Source of the DNA: Akkermansiaceae bacterium
Lineage (GTDB): Bacteria > Gemmatimonadota > Gemmatimonadetes > Palauibacterales > Palauibacteraceae
Assembly: GCA_964195715.1 (NCBI GenBank)
Contig: CAXMRU010000280.1
Location: forward strand, 40 to 64,039
Length of the DNA: 64,000 bases
Reading direction: 5' to 3'
Under the pieces are notes generated by a model, which worked only from the letters and a program-made list of their open reading frames with translations, had not been told where the DNA came from and did no database searches. This document shows positions 1-11,892 of the stretch, one piece after another (the first letter of the stretch is position 1; the number at the start of each line of letters is the position of its first letter). The translations under genes and the position numbers were made by a program.

Positions 1-90
1 TCTCGCTTGATCCCTTCTATTCACAATAAAAAGAATCCGCCTCACTACGCCCTCTCGGCACTCCACAACAACCTCTCACACCAATTTGTC

Positions 91-120
91 AAAAAGCAGC
101 CCGCCCCTTTCGAGGCGGGC
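91..120 (-). terminator. Rho-independent terminator downstream of the OMP gene
   Basis: The minus strand reads GCCCGCC-TCGAAAGG-GGCGGGC (7-bp GC stem), followed by TGCTTTTT. It lies about 50 nt after the stop at 170..172. Confidence 0.7.
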
Positions 121-169
121 CAGATAACTTAGCCTGTAGTCCGGCTGTTCGTCAACGCCTCCGGAGGCG

Positions 170-799
170 TCAGAACACGATTCCGAAGCCCAGCGCCTCG
201 GTGTGTCCGACGGTCAGACCAAACCTCAGCAACCAGGCCTGCGAGAACTGCATCTCGAGGCCGAAATCGACGTCGAAATGCACCTTCGTGTCGGGACCAC
301 TGAGGCCGATGTCCAGTGCCAGTCGCGGTGAAGCGTACGGCGTGAGCGCCCACTTTCCGTCGTCCGACTGGAACTGGCGGGCCAGCGATACGCCTGCCGG
401 CACTCTCAGGATGCCTCTACCGCCGTCACCGGTGCCCGTCACCCAGCCGAGGCCGATACCCGTCACCCAGGCGACATCCAGAGGGAACGACTCCGAGACG
501 CTCACGAACTGCTTGTACACGTCGAGGCCGCCGTTCAGGGCGATGTCTCCGCCGCTGAAGTCGTTGACCGATCCGCGGAAGCCGAGATTCACATCTCCGG
601 CCTTGCGGAACGTGGCCATACCGCCGACGTCCTCGATCCCGTTGACGAACACCATGTAGACGCCGACCCCGGTCTCGTCGTACGGCGTAATAAACTGCGG
701 CATATCGTAGACTTGTGCCGCGCCCGTTGCGACTTGCGAGAGGATCGCGACCGCGGAGATGGCCGCCGCACGGACCCAGTTCATGGCCAGGCGTTGCAT
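170..799 (-). CDS. Small outer-membrane beta-barrel protein (OmpW/OmpA-barrel-like), function unknown
   Basis: 209-aa ORF with an N-terminal signal peptide (AILSQVATGAAQV). It has alternating Gly/aromatic-rich beta-strand-like segments and a C-terminal ...GFGIVF ending in Phe, typical of OMP barrels. AGGAGG lies upstream of the ATG. Confidence 0.6.
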   Translation of the reverse strand: MQRLAMNWVRAAAISAVAILSQVATGAAQVYDMPQFITPYDETGVGVYMVFVNGIEDVGGMATFRKAGDVNLGFRGSVNDFSGGDIALNGGLDVYKQFVSVSESFPLDVAWVTGIGLGWVTGTGDGGRGILRVPAGVSLARQFQSDDGKWALTPYASPRLALDIGLSGPDTKVHFDVDFGLEMQFSQAWLLRFGLTVGHTEALGFGIVF

Positions 800-853
800 A
801 TCAGACCTCCTGAACTGCTTCGTTTTAACCCGTTCGGGCGAATCACGGCAGGT

Positions 854-1156
854 TCAGCCTGCATCCTCCGTGCCGCTCCCTTGCGACGAGGGCTCGCCCA
901 CCTGTTCGGCGAGCACCGAGACCTCGCTATCCACAACCTGCAGAAACCCGCCGGATACCGCGATACGATGGACCGTGGACCCGTCGCTCACGGTCACGTC
1001 TCCGGTGCCGAGCAGGGTCATCATGGGCGCGTGTCCGTACAGAATGCCCATCAGGCCGTCGTAGGCCGGCACGACGACGCTCTCTCCGGTTCCCTCAAAG
1101 CCCACGGCGGTGGGCGAGATCACGACTATCTTGAGCTTGCGCGCAGATTCGTTCAT
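854..1156 (-). CDS. atpC: F1 ATP synthase epsilon subunit
   Basis: 100-aa ORF directly downstream of atpD. The sequence (LKIVVISPTAVGFEGTGESVVVPAYDGLMGILYGHAPMMTLL) matches the epsilon beta-sandwich pattern. Confidence 0.9.
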   Translation of the reverse strand: MNESARKLKIVVISPTAVGFEGTGESVVVPAYDGLMGILYGHAPMMTLLGTGDVTVSDGSTVHRIAVSGGFLQVVDSEVSVLAEQVGEPSSQGSGTEDAG

Positions 1157-1172
1157 CGGTCCTCAGCTCTCC

Positions 1173-3463
<2,291 letters not shown>

Positions 3464-3503
3464 CTATCCGTTCGCCCCGGTCGTTACGTGGGTAGCGCCA
3501 GCC

Positions 3504-5120
3504 TCAGCCGGCGGCCTCCACGGCCGGCTCGTCAGCCGCCTTCGTGCGGAACAGGCTCTTGTGGGCCTCGATCGCGTCGCGGAGCTTTCGGTCCGTCTCG
3601 TCGCTGATCACTTTACTGCCCCTGATCGCCGTGCCCACCTCCGGGTGCGCCGACCGCATGTACTCGCGGAAGTTTTCTTCCCAGCGCCGGATCTCGGAGG
3701 TTTCGAGGTCGTCCAGGTAGCCCTGCGTAACGGCAAAGATCACCATCACCTGGTCCTCGACGGGGATGGGTGCATACTGGCCTTGCTTCAACACCTCCAC
3801 CGTTCGCGCGCCGCGCGCGAGCTGACGCTGCGTGGCCGGATCCAGATCTGAGCCGAACTGGGCGAAGGCCTCGAGCTCGCGGTACTGCGCGAGGTCGAGT
3901 CTCAGGCTGCCGGCGACCTTCTTCATGGCCTTGATCTGGGCCGAGCCGCCGACCCGGGACACCGAGATGCCCGCATTCACGGCCGGACGAACGCCGGAGT
4001 AGAACAGGTCGCTCTCGAGGAATATCTGGCCGTCGGTGATCGAGATGACATTCGTCGGAATGTACGCCGACACGTCACCGGCTTGCGTCTGGATGATCGG
4101 CAGGGCCGTGAGCGATCCGCCCGGCTTATCGAGATCCGGATGCGCCTCGATCACCTGCGCGTCCTCGCTGACCTTTGCCGCGCGCTCCAGCAGACGGCTG
4201 TGCAGGTAGAACACGTCGCCCGGAAACGCCTCCCGGCCCGGCGGACGCCGCAAGATGAGCGAGATCTGCCGGTACGCGTCCGCCTGTTTCGACAGGTCGT
4301 CGTAGATGACGAGCGTGTGTCGCCCTTCCTTGTACATGAAGTACTCGGCGAGGGCGCAGCCGGCGTACGGCGCGAGGTACTGCAGGGTCGCCGGATCCGA
4401 AGCATTCGCCGCCACGACGATCGTGTAGTCCATGGCGCCTTCCTGCTCGAGGCGGTCCACCACGGAGACCACGGTCGAGGCCTTCTGGCCGATCGCCACG
4501 TAGACGCACACGACGTCGCCACCACGCTGATTGATGATCGTGTCGATCGCGATCGCCGTCTTTCCGGTCCGCCGGTCGCCGATGATCAGCTCCCGCTGGC
4601 CGCGGCCGATCGGGATCATGGAGTCGATCGCCTTGATGCCCGTCTGCAGCGGCTCCTTCACCGGCTGTCGGTACACGATTCCTGGCGCCTTTCGGTCGAC
4701 CTTCATCGTGGTTACCGACTTGATCGCTCCCTTGCCGTCGCACGGCTCCGCAAGCGTGTTCACCACGCGGCCCAGGAAGTCCGGACCCACCGGCACTTCG
4801 AGCACCCGGCCCGTTCGTCGGACTGAGTCTCCCTCCTTGAGCTGCAGATAGTCGCCCATGACCACTGCCCCGATGTTGTCTTCCTCGAGGTTCAGGGCCA
4901 GCGCTGTGATCAGCTCACCGGTCTCGGACGACTCGATCTCGAGCATCTCGTTCGCCATGGCCGCCGAGAGGCCCCAGATCCTGGCAACGCCATCCTTGAC
5001 TTCGAGGACTTCGCCGACCTCCTCGAGCTTCAGATCTTCTTCGTAACGATCGATCTGCTCAAGAAGCGCCTTCTTCATCTCGCCCGCGCGGAGCGTTGCG
5101 TCTGACGTGGGCATATCCAA
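3504..5120 (-). CDS. atpA: F1 ATP synthase alpha subunit
   Basis: 538 aa. Walker [12 protein letters not shown] and conserved alpha blocks ([44 protein letters not shown]). Confidence 0.98.
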   Translation of the reverse strand: MDMPTSDATLRAGEMKKALLEQIDRYEEDLKLEEVGEVLEVKDGVARIWGLSAAMANEMLEIESSETGELITALALNLEEDNIGAVVMGDYLQLKEGDSVRRTGRVLEVPVGPDFLGRVVNTLAEPCDGKGAIKSVTTMKVDRKAPGIVYRQPVKEPLQTGIKAIDSMIPIGRGQRELIIGDRRTGKTAIAIDTIINQRGGDVVCVYVAIGQKASTVVSVVDRLEQEGAMDYTIVVAANASDPATLQYLAPYAGCALAEYFMYKEGRHTLVIYDDLSKQADAYRQISLILRRPPGREAFPGDVFYLHSRLLERAAKVSEDAQVIEAHPDLDKPGGSLTALPIIQTQAGDVSAYIPTNVISITDGQIFLESDLFYSGVRPAVNAGISVSRVGGSAQIKAMKKVAGSLRLDLAQYRELEAFAQFGSDLDPATQRQLARGARTVEVLKQGQYAPIPVEDQVMVIFAVTQGYLDDLETSEIRRWEENFREYMRSAHPEVGTAIRGSKVISDETDRKLRDAIEAHKSLFRTKAADEPAVEAAG

Positions 5121-5142
5121 TCCCGTCCTTGTGTCTATCCGA

Positions 5143-5706
5143 TCAGCCGGTCGTCGTTGCCGACCCGGCTTCTTCGATGAGAGTCCGGCGCATCAGCTGC
5201 AGCCGTCGCCGCAGCGATCCGTCCAGAACGCGGTCCTTTACTCGCACGATCACCCCCCCGACCAGACGCGGATCGCGCTTGAACTCAGCCGTCACCTCGA
5301 GACCCAGCACCCGCCCCAGCGCGTCCTCGATCTCCTCCTTGAGCTCGGGGCCCGGATCGACCGTCATGGTCACGGCAGCTTGCACCCGGCCCATGCGCTC
5401 GTTCAAGAGCTCGCGAGCAGCGGTCTCGATCTCGGGGAGCAGCGACTGGCGGCGCTTCTCCATCACCACCAGGAGAAAACGAACGAACAACTCGGGATAG
5501 CGGTCGCCGAACACGCCCCGGATAACATCTCGCTTGTCCGACAGCAACACGCGCGGCGTCTCCAGGAACGCCCGGAACGATGGGACGTCCCTGTAGAGGG
5601 CCGCCACCTCGTCCAGAAAGCCGAGCCAGACCTCCGCATCATCCGTGCGGTCGGCCAGCTCGAGCAGCGTGTCCGCGTACGTGCGGGCTACCGCGACCCG
5701 ACTCAT
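5143..5706 (-). CDS. atpH: F1 ATP synthase delta (OSCP) subunit
   Basis: 187 aa. The position between atpF and atpA and the C-terminal [20 protein letters not shown] match the delta/OSCP family pattern. Confidence 0.88.
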   Translation of the reverse strand: MSRVAVARTYADTLLELADRTDDAEVWLGFLDEVAALYRDVPSFRAFLETPRVLLSDKRDVIRGVFGDRYPELFVRFLLVVMEKRRQSLLPEIETAARELLNERMGRVQAAVTMTVDPGPELKEEIEDALGRVLGLEVTAEFKRDPRLVGGVIVRVKDRVLDGSLRRRLQLMRRTLIEEAGSATTTG

Positions 5707-6260
5707 TCCATTTCCGCTATGTATTCGCGCACCAACCGGCGGTTCGCGTCGTCGTCGAGGGTCTCGCGCACGAGCCGCTCGGCCGCCGCCAGCGAGAGAT
5801 CCACAGCCTCCCGACGGACCGACTCGAGCAGATCGTCCTTCTCGCGCGCCAGCTCACGCCGGGCGCGCTCGAGCATTGCCTCGTTTTCCTTCCGGGTCTC
5901 CGCCAGGATCTCCTCCCGCAGCCGCTCGCCGGCTTCCCTGCCCTCCTGGAGGATGCCCTTGGCCTCGCGCCGTGCCTGGTCGAGCTGCCGCTGGTGCTCG
6001 TCGAGCAGACGCCGCGCCTCGTCACGGTCAATGCGGGCCGAGTCGATGGCCGCCTGGATGTTGGACTGCCGTGTCTCGAGACCCTTCGCGATTGCCGGAA
6101 AGGCTTTCCACCAAAGGACCCCGAGTGTGAGCAGAAACAGCACCCACGTCCAGATCGCCAGGCCGGCATTGATCGACAGCACGCCGCCCTCCGCGGCCCA
6201 CAGCGGCGCCGGGGCCAGGAGCAGCAACGCCATCGGCCCTGCCATTCGCCAGATTTTCAT
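5703..6260 (-). CDS. atpF: Fo ATP synthase b subunit
   Basis: It has a single N-terminal TM helix followed by a long charged coiled coil (RREAKGILQEGREAGERLREEI...). It makes a 4-nt overlap with atpH. I chose the ATG at 6260, which is preceded by AGGACAGGG. The ORF track extends to a GTG at 6296. Confidence 0.85.
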   Translation of the reverse strand: MKIWRMAGPMALLLLAPAPLWAAEGGVLSINAGLAIWTWVLFLLTLGVLWWKAFPAIAKGLETRQSNIQAAIDSARIDRDEARRLLDEHQRQLDQARREAKGILQEGREAGERLREEILAETRKENEAMLERARRELAREKDDLLESVRREAVDLSLAAAERLVRETLDDDANRRLVREYIAEME

Positions 6261-6328
6261 CCCTGTCCTGCTTCTCTGATCCCACCCGATCACCACCGGC
6301 AGCAGCCGACGGTGCTCTGGCGGAAGTC

Positions 6329-6589
6329 TTACTTGATGAAGCCGGCGATCACCAGCGCGAACAACGCTGCGCCCTCGATCAGGGCAGCGAGAATGATCGA
6401 GCCCGTCTGGATCTGGGCCGCAGCTTCGGGCTGCCGCGCCATCGCATCGGCCATCTGTCCGCCAATCCGGCCGATCCCGATCCCGGCGCCGATGACTACG
6501 GCACCCGCGCCGATGATGGCCAGGCCTGCGCCCACATCGCCGGTCATGCCGGCCGTTTCCTGCAGAAGAGCGAGCATGTTGAACATCAA
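6329..6589 (-). CDS. atpE: Fo ATP synthase c subunit
   Basis: 86-aa two-helix hairpin protein. Gly-rich helix 1 (GAGAVVIGAGIGIGRIGG), loop ARQPE, and the ion-binding Glu in ALIEGAALF. Confidence 0.95.
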   Translation of the reverse strand: MMFNMLALLQETAGMTGDVGAGLAIIGAGAVVIGAGIGIGRIGGQMADAMARQPEAAAQIQTGSIILAALIEGAALFALVIAGFIK

Positions 6590-6660
6590 GGGTCTCCTTG
6601 CATTTCCCGGTTAACCTTCCGGATCCCTGTTTCCTGCAACTTCGTCCCGGTCCGCAAGCG

Positions 6661-7650
6661 CTAGTGCGCGTGCCGGATGAGACCGATGAACACCGATGTC
6701 AGGACAGTGAAGATGTACGCCTGGAGGAACGACACGAAGATCTCCAGGAACATCACGAACAAACCCAGTGCCAGCGACCCGCTCACGGCCGCCAGGCCCG
6801 TGGCGGAAACGTCGCCGTATACGATGATGAGCCCCAGCAGCGACAGGATCACAAAGTGCCCGGCTGTCATGTTGGCGAACAGCCGCACGGCCAGGGCGAA
6901 CGGTTTGGCCAGCTTACCGATGAGCTCTACCGGCGTCATGATGATCAGCATCGGTACCTTCATCACGCCGGGAATCCCCTTCGGGATGTAGAAGATCGTC
7001 CCCATGTATCCCTTCGGCCCGAGAGCCTTGAAACCGGCCACCTCGATCACGATGAGCGAGACGATCGCCAGCGCGGCAGTGACCGAGATGTTGCCGGTCG
7101 CCGATGCACCGAACGGGACGAGGCCCAGGAGGTTCGCGTAAAGGATGAAGAAGAACAGCGTCACGACGTAGGGAACGAACTTCTCCCCGCCGTGGCCGAT
7201 GTTGGCCATCGCCACGTCGTCCCTGAGGTACACGTAGAAGGCTTCGAAAATGTTCAGAATCCCCCGGGGCGCCTCGCGGCCCGCGTTCGTGCGCCCGGCG
7301 CTTCGGGCGGCCAGCCCGATCGTGAGAATCGTCAGGAGGCTGGCCAGCACGAGGAAAAATAGGTGCTTTGTCGGCGAGAGGTCGATCTCGAACCCGCCGA
7401 TGCTCACGGGAGGGATCCTCAAACGGTCCAGGCTGATCACGACCGGCCCGAAATCGAGGCTCCCGGAGTCCACGATGTGGTGCGTCATGGTCTCCGTGCC
7501 CCACTCCTCGGCGTGCTCGCCTTCGGGGGCGTGCTGTTCGTCAGCCGCCTGCTCGACGGCCGGGGGTGCGTGGTCGGACTCTGACGCGGGGTGCTCCTGC
7601 GGAGCGCCGAACGCCAGGCCGATCAATGTGATTGCCAGTCCTGCGATCAT
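6661..7650 (-). CDS. atpB: Fo ATP synthase a subunit
   Basis: The C-terminal two-thirds carry subunit-a blocks (LAVRLFANMTAGH with the essential Arg, and FLQAYIFTVLT). I placed the start at ATG 7650 (MIAGLAITLIGLAF). The longer ORF to 7755 runs through an intergenic repeat and is Arg/Pro-rich junk. Confidence 0.9.
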   Translation of the reverse strand: MIAGLAITLIGLAFGAPQEHPASESDHAPPAVEQAADEQHAPEGEHAEEWGTETMTHHIVDSGSLDFGPVVISLDRLRIPPVSIGGFEIDLSPTKHLFFLVLASLLTILTIGLAARSAGRTNAGREAPRGILNIFEAFYVYLRDDVAMANIGHGGEKFVPYVVTLFFFILYANLLGLVPFGASATGNISVTAALAIVSLIVIEVAGFKALGPKGYMGTIFYIPKGIPGVMKVPMLIIMTPVELIGKLAKPFALAVRLFANMTAGHFVILSLLGLIIVYGDVSATGLAAVSGSLALGLFVMFLEIFVSFLQAYIFTVLTSVFIGLIRHAH

Positions 7651-7667
7651 CGATGTTCCCGATCTAA

Positions 7668-7939
7668 CAGGCTGCTGAAGAACCCTGGGCGGTCGCGTTA
7701 CGAGCGCCGTGGGTGCAGATGCTAGGCAGCGCGACGAATGCGATGCCGTGCGCATCGGGGAGGAGCGCTAACGCCGCAGATGCTCCCACGCCGCCGTAAC
7801 CCACAGGGCGCATGGGGGTTGCCGGTCGATACTGCGTCACTCGTCGTCGAAGATGCTCCCGCATCGCCTTCCTCCTCGTTCCTTGTCTCGCCTCGGCAAG
7901 ACCCATGCGCGCGACTGCCCAGGGTTCTTCAGCAACCTG
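7668..7939. repeat. Inverted-repeat-bounded 272-nt element between atpI-like and atpB
   Basis: The arm at 7668..7697 (CAGGCTGCTGAAGAACCCTGGGCGGTCGCG) matches the reverse complement of 7910..7939 (CAGGTTGCTGAAGAACCCTGGGCAGTCGCG) at 28 of 30 positions by my alignment. The arms enclose 212 nt. Confidence 0.85.
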
Positions 7940-8296
7940 CTATCTGCGATCCGCCGTCGCCACGGCCAGCCAGCCGGCCTCCAGGAGGACGAACGCGACC
8001 AGAGCCATACCATACGCTATCATGAGCACCTGCGTCGGCGCTCCCGCCAGGGCGGCCAGAACCCACAACAGGATGCCCGCCCCGAACCGACCTGCGATCC
8101 CCGTGACCCACATTCGCATGACCGCCTCTCCCCGCTCCAGACCGCCCGCCAGGAACCAGAAGGACACCGCCTGAACAATCCAGGCGACGCCCGCGCCGGT
8201 CACGACGGAGAGCACCGGATGTCCTCCCACGATCGCCGCGACGGCACCCACGACGCAGAGCAGCAACGTGACCAGAAGGTACCCGCCGCGTCTCAT
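7940..8296 (-). CDS. atpI: AtpI-like small membrane protein of the atp operon
   Basis: 118-aa, very hydrophobic (about 4 TM) ORF upstream of atpB, overlapping the preceding small ORF by 4 nt. The assignment rests on position and topology only. Confidence 0.55.
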   Translation of the reverse strand: MRRGGYLLVTLLLCVVGAVAAIVGGHPVLSVVTGAGVAWIVQAVSFWFLAGGLERGEAVMRMWVTGIAGRFGAGILLWVLAALAGAPTQVLMIAYGMALVAFVLLEAGWLAVATADRR

Positions 8297-8535
8297 GTTC
8301 CGCGTCCGTCCGCTTCGCGCTCCTCGCCATCCTTCCGGAGCTCATCACGCCGGTCCAGCACCAGGTGCCGGTACATGCTGTAGAAGCCCGCCCCGAAGCC
8401 GGTGAAGGTACCGAGCAAGACAAAAAGCGGCCCCGTCTGGAGCCGCTCGTCCAGGATCGATCCGATCCAGGCGAACAGCGCTATCGCGATGCCCAGGCTG
8501 AGCCCATAGCCTCCGAAGCGCCCTACATCAGCCAT
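8293..8535 (-). CDS. AtpZ/AtpR-like small 2-TM protein (putative F0F1-ATPase accessory subunit)
   Basis: 80 aa counted from ATG 8535 (MADVGRFGGYGLSLGIAIALFAWIGSILD...LFVLLGTFTGFGAGFYSMY). It has two TM helices and is the first gene of the atp operon. The ORF-track extension to 8634 starts at TTG inside the predicted promoter. Confidence 0.55.
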   Translation of the reverse strand: MADVGRFGGYGLSLGIAIALFAWIGSILDERLQTGPLFVLLGTFTGFGAGFYSMYRHLVLDRRDELRKDGEEREADGRGT

Positions 8536-8605
8536 GGTCCCGCCCGGGCGGTCTCCTTCGTTCAGCGACACGCCACTCTCTCGCCTCCCGGTTACGGCCG
8601 CCGCG

Positions 8606-8634
8606 ACTATACCCGCTTGTGAAAATATCCGCAA
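8606..8634 (-). promoter_or_regulatory. Candidate sigma70-type promoter of the atp operon
   Basis: The minus strand reads TTGCGG-(17 nt: ATATTTTCACAAGCGGG)-TATAGT, about 70 nt upstream of the atpZ-like ATG. It sits in a locally AT-richer stretch. Confidence 0.45.
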
Positions 8635-8717
8635 GATTGGCGGCTTGACGCCCGTACCGGGTACGATCTAGCCTCCGTCCAGCGGGACGAGAGGGAGCGC
8701 ACCGGAGGCGAACGCGG

Positions 8718-9737
8718 ATGACTGGCAGTGGGGGGATGGGGATCGTGGCGAGCGGGAACGACATCGAGTTGCTGCAGGACCTGGCGAGCGCCAGGCAGGA
8801 CCTGGAGCGCCAGGTAGCGCGGCGCATCGTGGGACAGACGGAGATCATCGAGAAGCTGCTGATCGCCTTGTTGGCCGGCGGCCACGCGCTTGTCGTGGGA
8901 GTTCCCGGCCTGGCTAAGACCACCTTGATCTCTACTCTCGCCGAGACGCTCAATCTCCGGTTCAGTCGCATTCAGTTCACTCCGGATCTCATGCCTTCCG
9001 ACATCACGGGCACCGAGGTGCTCGAGGAGGATCCGGAGACCGGACGCCGGGTGTTCCGGTTCGTGCGCGGCCCGGTATTCGCCAATGTGATCCTCGCCGA
9101 CGAGATCAACCGGACGCCTCCCAAGACCCAGGCCGCGCTGTTGCAGGCCATGCAGGAGCTGTCGGTAACGGTGGGAACCGAAACATTCACCCTCGAGCCA
9201 CCATTCTTCGTCCTCGCGACCCAGAATCCGATCGAGCATGAGGGCACGTACCCTCTCCCCGAGGCCCAGCTCGACCGCTTCATGTTCGAGCTGAGGATCA
9301 CGTACCCCACCTTCGAGGAGGAATGCGAGGTTGCCGCGGTAACGACGTCGGCTGCTTCCCGGGCGATCGAGACCGTGATCGACGGCGAGCGGCTCCGGCA
9401 GTTCCAGGCGCTGGTACGGAGAGTGCCGGCCCCACCATCGATCGTGGACTACGCCGTGCGGCTCGCCCGCAGCACCCGGCCTGACGACCCTGACGCTCCA
9501 GCGTTCGTTCGCGAAATGATCGCCTGGGGCGCCGGTCCCAGGGCCTCGCAGTACCTGGTGCTGGGCTGCAAGGCCAGGGCGGCACTGCAGGGACGACCCG
9601 TGCCAAGCCTGGAGGATGTGCAGGCGATCGCTCCCGACGTGCTCCGCCACCGGATCGTCCCCGGTTTCGAGGCGGAAGCCGCCGGGCGTACTCGGGACGA
9701 CCTCGTCGAGGACCTGATCGCGTCGGTCAAGAGGTGA
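8718..9737 (+). CDS. MoxR-family AAA+ ATPase
   Basis: 339 aa. Walker A GVPGLAKT, Walker B ILADEINR, and the typical MoxR blocks FFVLATQNPIEHEGTYPLPEAQLDRF and GAGPRASQ. Confidence 0.92.
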   Translation: MTGSGGMGIVASGNDIELLQDLASARQDLERQVARRIVGQTEIIEKLLIALLAGGHALVVGVPGLAKTTLISTLAETLNLRFSRIQFTPDLMPSDITGTEVLEEDPETGRRVFRFVRGPVFANVILADEINRTPPKTQAALLQAMQELSVTVGTETFTLEPPFFVLATQNPIEHEGTYPLPEAQLDRFMFELRITYPTFEEECEVAAVTTSAASRAIETVIDGERLRQFQALVRRVPAPPSIVDYAVRLARSTRPDDPDAPAFVREMIAWGAGPRASQYLVLGCKARAALQGRPVPSLEDVQAIAPDVLRHRIVPGFEAEAAGRTRDDLVEDLIASVKR

Positions 9738-9819
9738 GTGAGATGGAAGACCATCCTCCGTCACCTTCCCGTCGCCTGGCGCATGCGCAGCGCCCATCGG
9801 CCCGCGGGCGGAGGGCCGC

Positions 9820-11070
9820 GTGACTCTGCTGATCGTGGTCCTCGCCGTTCTCGTGGCCCTGTCGGGCTTCTTTTCCGGCGGAGAGATCGCCTTCTATTCG
9901 GTCCCGGACACACGTGCCGATGCGCTGGCCGAACAGGGACGGCGCGGAGCAAAGGCCCTCGTGCGGCTGAAGTCGAGTCCGGATCGCCTGCTGATCACGA
10001 TCCTGATCGGCAACAACGTCGCGAACATCGGAGCCGCCTCGGTCGCCACGTACGCGGCGATTCAGGCGTTCGGGTCGGCGGGCGTCGGAATCGCGACAGG
10101 TGGAATGACACTCCTCGTGCTGTTCTTCGGCGAGATCGTGCCCAAGAGCTTCGCGGCGGCAAACGCCGAAAGAATTTCGCTCGCGATCGCGCCGCTCTTC
10201 CTGGGTCTCTCGAAGGCCCTGACCGTGCTGGTGGTTCCGCTGGAAGCCCTAACCCGAGCCGTGCTGCCCTCGAGTGAGAGAATGATTCCCACCGTCACGG
10301 AAGCCGAGATCCGGACGCTCACGGAGATCGGACACGAGGCGGGAGAAATCGACTCGCACGAGCGCCAGATCATCCAGCAAGCTTTCGCGCTGGACACGAC
10401 GCAGGCATGGGAGGTCATGACGCCGCGGGTAGGCATTTTCGCGTGGCGGGCCGATCGCAGCCTGGAGGACATCGCGCCCGAGTTGCAGACGGTCCGATTC
10501 AGCCGGATCCCGGTGTACGGGAAATCGCTGGACGAGATTACCGGAATCCTCTACGTGCGCGACGCCTACCAGGCCCTGCTGTCGGGGCAGCGCGACGTCC
10601 AGCTAGGACGGCTGGCGCGCGAGGCCATGTTCGTTCCCGCGACAGTGGTGCTCAGCCAGCTCCTGGCCGAATTCCAGGCGCGGCGGATCCACGCGGGCAT
10701 CGTGGTCGACGAGCACGGAGGAACGGACGGCCTGATTACGCTCGAGGACATCCTCGAGGAGCTTGTCGGCGAGATCGTGGATGAGACGGACATTCCAGCT
10801 GAGCCATTCACGCGAGTAGGGCGCGATTCCATAGTCGTCGAGGGAGGCGTGGACCTGCGCGAGATCAACCACTTCTTCAATTGCACCCTACCGGTATTCG
10901 AGCACCGGTCTCTGAATGGTTACCTGCTGCAGGTATTCGGTCGGGTTCCGGACCCGCATGAGACGGTCGAGGCAGACGGATTGCGGATCGAGGTCATCAG
11001 CTCCACCGATACTCAGGTGATGCGGGCTCGCATCACCCGGGATTCCGGCGATCGGCCAGCGATCGGCTAG
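9820..11070 (+). CDS. CNNM/CorC-HlyC family transporter (DUF21 TM domain + CBS pair + CorC_HlyC domain)
   Basis: 416 aa. N-terminal 4-TM region with FFSGGEIAF, a central CBS-pair region (VMTPR...IPVYG...GIVVDEHGGTDGLITLEDILEELVGEI) and the C-terminal transporter-associated domain. Confidence 0.88.
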   Translation: MTLLIVVLAVLVALSGFFSGGEIAFYSVPDTRADALAEQGRRGAKALVRLKSSPDRLLITILIGNNVANIGAASVATYAAIQAFGSAGVGIATGGMTLLVLFFGEIVPKSFAAANAERISLAIAPLFLGLSKALTVLVVPLEALTRAVLPSSERMIPTVTEAEIRTLTEIGHEAGEIDSHERQIIQQAFALDTTQAWEVMTPRVGIFAWRADRSLEDIAPELQTVRFSRIPVYGKSLDEITGILYVRDAYQALLSGQRDVQLGRLAREAMFVPATVVLSQLLAEFQARRIHAGIVVDEHGGTDGLITLEDILEELVGEIVDETDIPAEPFTRVGRDSIVVEGGVDLREINHFFNCTLPVFEHRSLNGYLLQVFGRVPDPHETVEADGLRIEVISSTDTQVMRARITRDSGDRPAIG

Positions 11071-11071
11071 A

Positions 11072-11111
11072 AGCCTGTCCGAGTAATGGGGTACGGCCGC
11101 GCGGACAGGCT
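11072..11111. terminator. Shared hairpin between two convergent genes (CorC-like and pilD)
   Basis: AGCCTGTCCG (11072..11081) pairs with CGGACAGGCT (11102..11111), giving a 10-bp stem with a 20-nt loop. There is no clear T-run, so function as a terminator is presumed. Confidence 0.4.
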
Positions 11112-11112
11112 C

Positions 11113-11892
11113 CTAGACCGTGCCGAACGCCACCTGGCTGTACCACTCCACGAGCGATTGTCCGAACAGAAAGGCGATCGCGGCGCCGAGCCCGAGAAAG
11201 ACGCCGAACGGCACTTCTCTCTTGGTCTTCAGGCTCAGGGGAGCGAACACGAGGGTCCCGGCCAGCGCGCCGATGAAGACCGTGAGCATGGCCCCCGCGG
11301 GTCCGAGGAACGCGCCCACCATGGCCATCATCTTGATGTCCCCTCCCCCCATCGCCGGTTTCTTGAACACCCATTCGCCCAGCAGGCCCACGGCCAGCAG
11401 CACGCCGAATCCGAGCGCGGCACCGATCACGGACGTGAGGAACGACGGCGGCCCCGGAAGCAGTGACAACGCCAGACCGGCGCCCAGTCCGCCTATGCTC
11501 AGGGCATCCGGAATCAGATAGTGCCTGGCGTCGATCAGGGAGATCGTAAGGAGGAGACTGAACAGGATCGAGCCCTGCAGGGCTCGCCAGGTCGGCCCGT
11601 ACATGAGTGCCATTCCGATCCAGATCGCTGCCGTGACGAGTTCCACGGCAGGATATTGGAAGGAGATGGACGTCCGGCACTTCCGGCACTTGCCGCGCAG
11701 TAGAATCCAGCTGAGAAGGGGCACGTTGTCATACCACGCGATCTGCCCACTGCATTCCGGGCACCGCGAGCGGGGTCGAATCAGACTCTCACCCTTCGGC
11801 AGGCGGGTCACGCACACGTTCATGAACGACCCGACCGAAGCCCCGAGGACTCCGGCGTAGATCAGGAACACGATCTGAACGGTGTGGGGCAT
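11113..11892 (-). CDS. pilD: Prepilin peptidase / N-methyltransferase (peptidase A24)
   Basis: 259 aa. N-terminal Cys cluster CPECSGQIAWYDNVPLLSWILLRGKCRKC, the conserved Asp motif GGGDIKMMAMVGAFLG, and a polytopic topology. Confidence 0.92.
   Translation of the reverse strand: MPHTVQIVFLIYAGVLGASVGSFMNVCVTRLPKGESLIRPRSRCPECSGQIAWYDNVPLLSWILLRGKCRKCRTSISFQYPAVELVTAAIWIGMALMYGPTWRALQGSILFSLLLTISLIDARHYLIPDALSIGGLGAGLALSLLPGPPSFLTSVIGAALGFGVLLAVGLLGEWVFKKPAMGGGDIKMMAMVGAFLGPAGAMLTVFIGALAGTLVFAPLSLKTKREVPFGVFLGLGAAIAFLFGQSLVEWYSQVAFGTV

Noticed and set aside
1-95. Strongly G-depleted stretch at the left window edge, richer in C, T and A (about 8 G in the first 90 nt by my count).
   Set aside because: It has no ORF, no clear structure and no repeat, and it is truncated by the window boundary. 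It could be a 3' UTR, a rut-like region or a promoter of an unseen neighbour, so it is uninterpretable here.
7664-7906. 80-aa ORF inside the inverted-repeat element between atpI-like and atpB.
   Set aside because: It begins and ends within the repeat arms, has no RBS, and has no recognisable features. It is most likely a by-product of GC-rich non-coding sequence.
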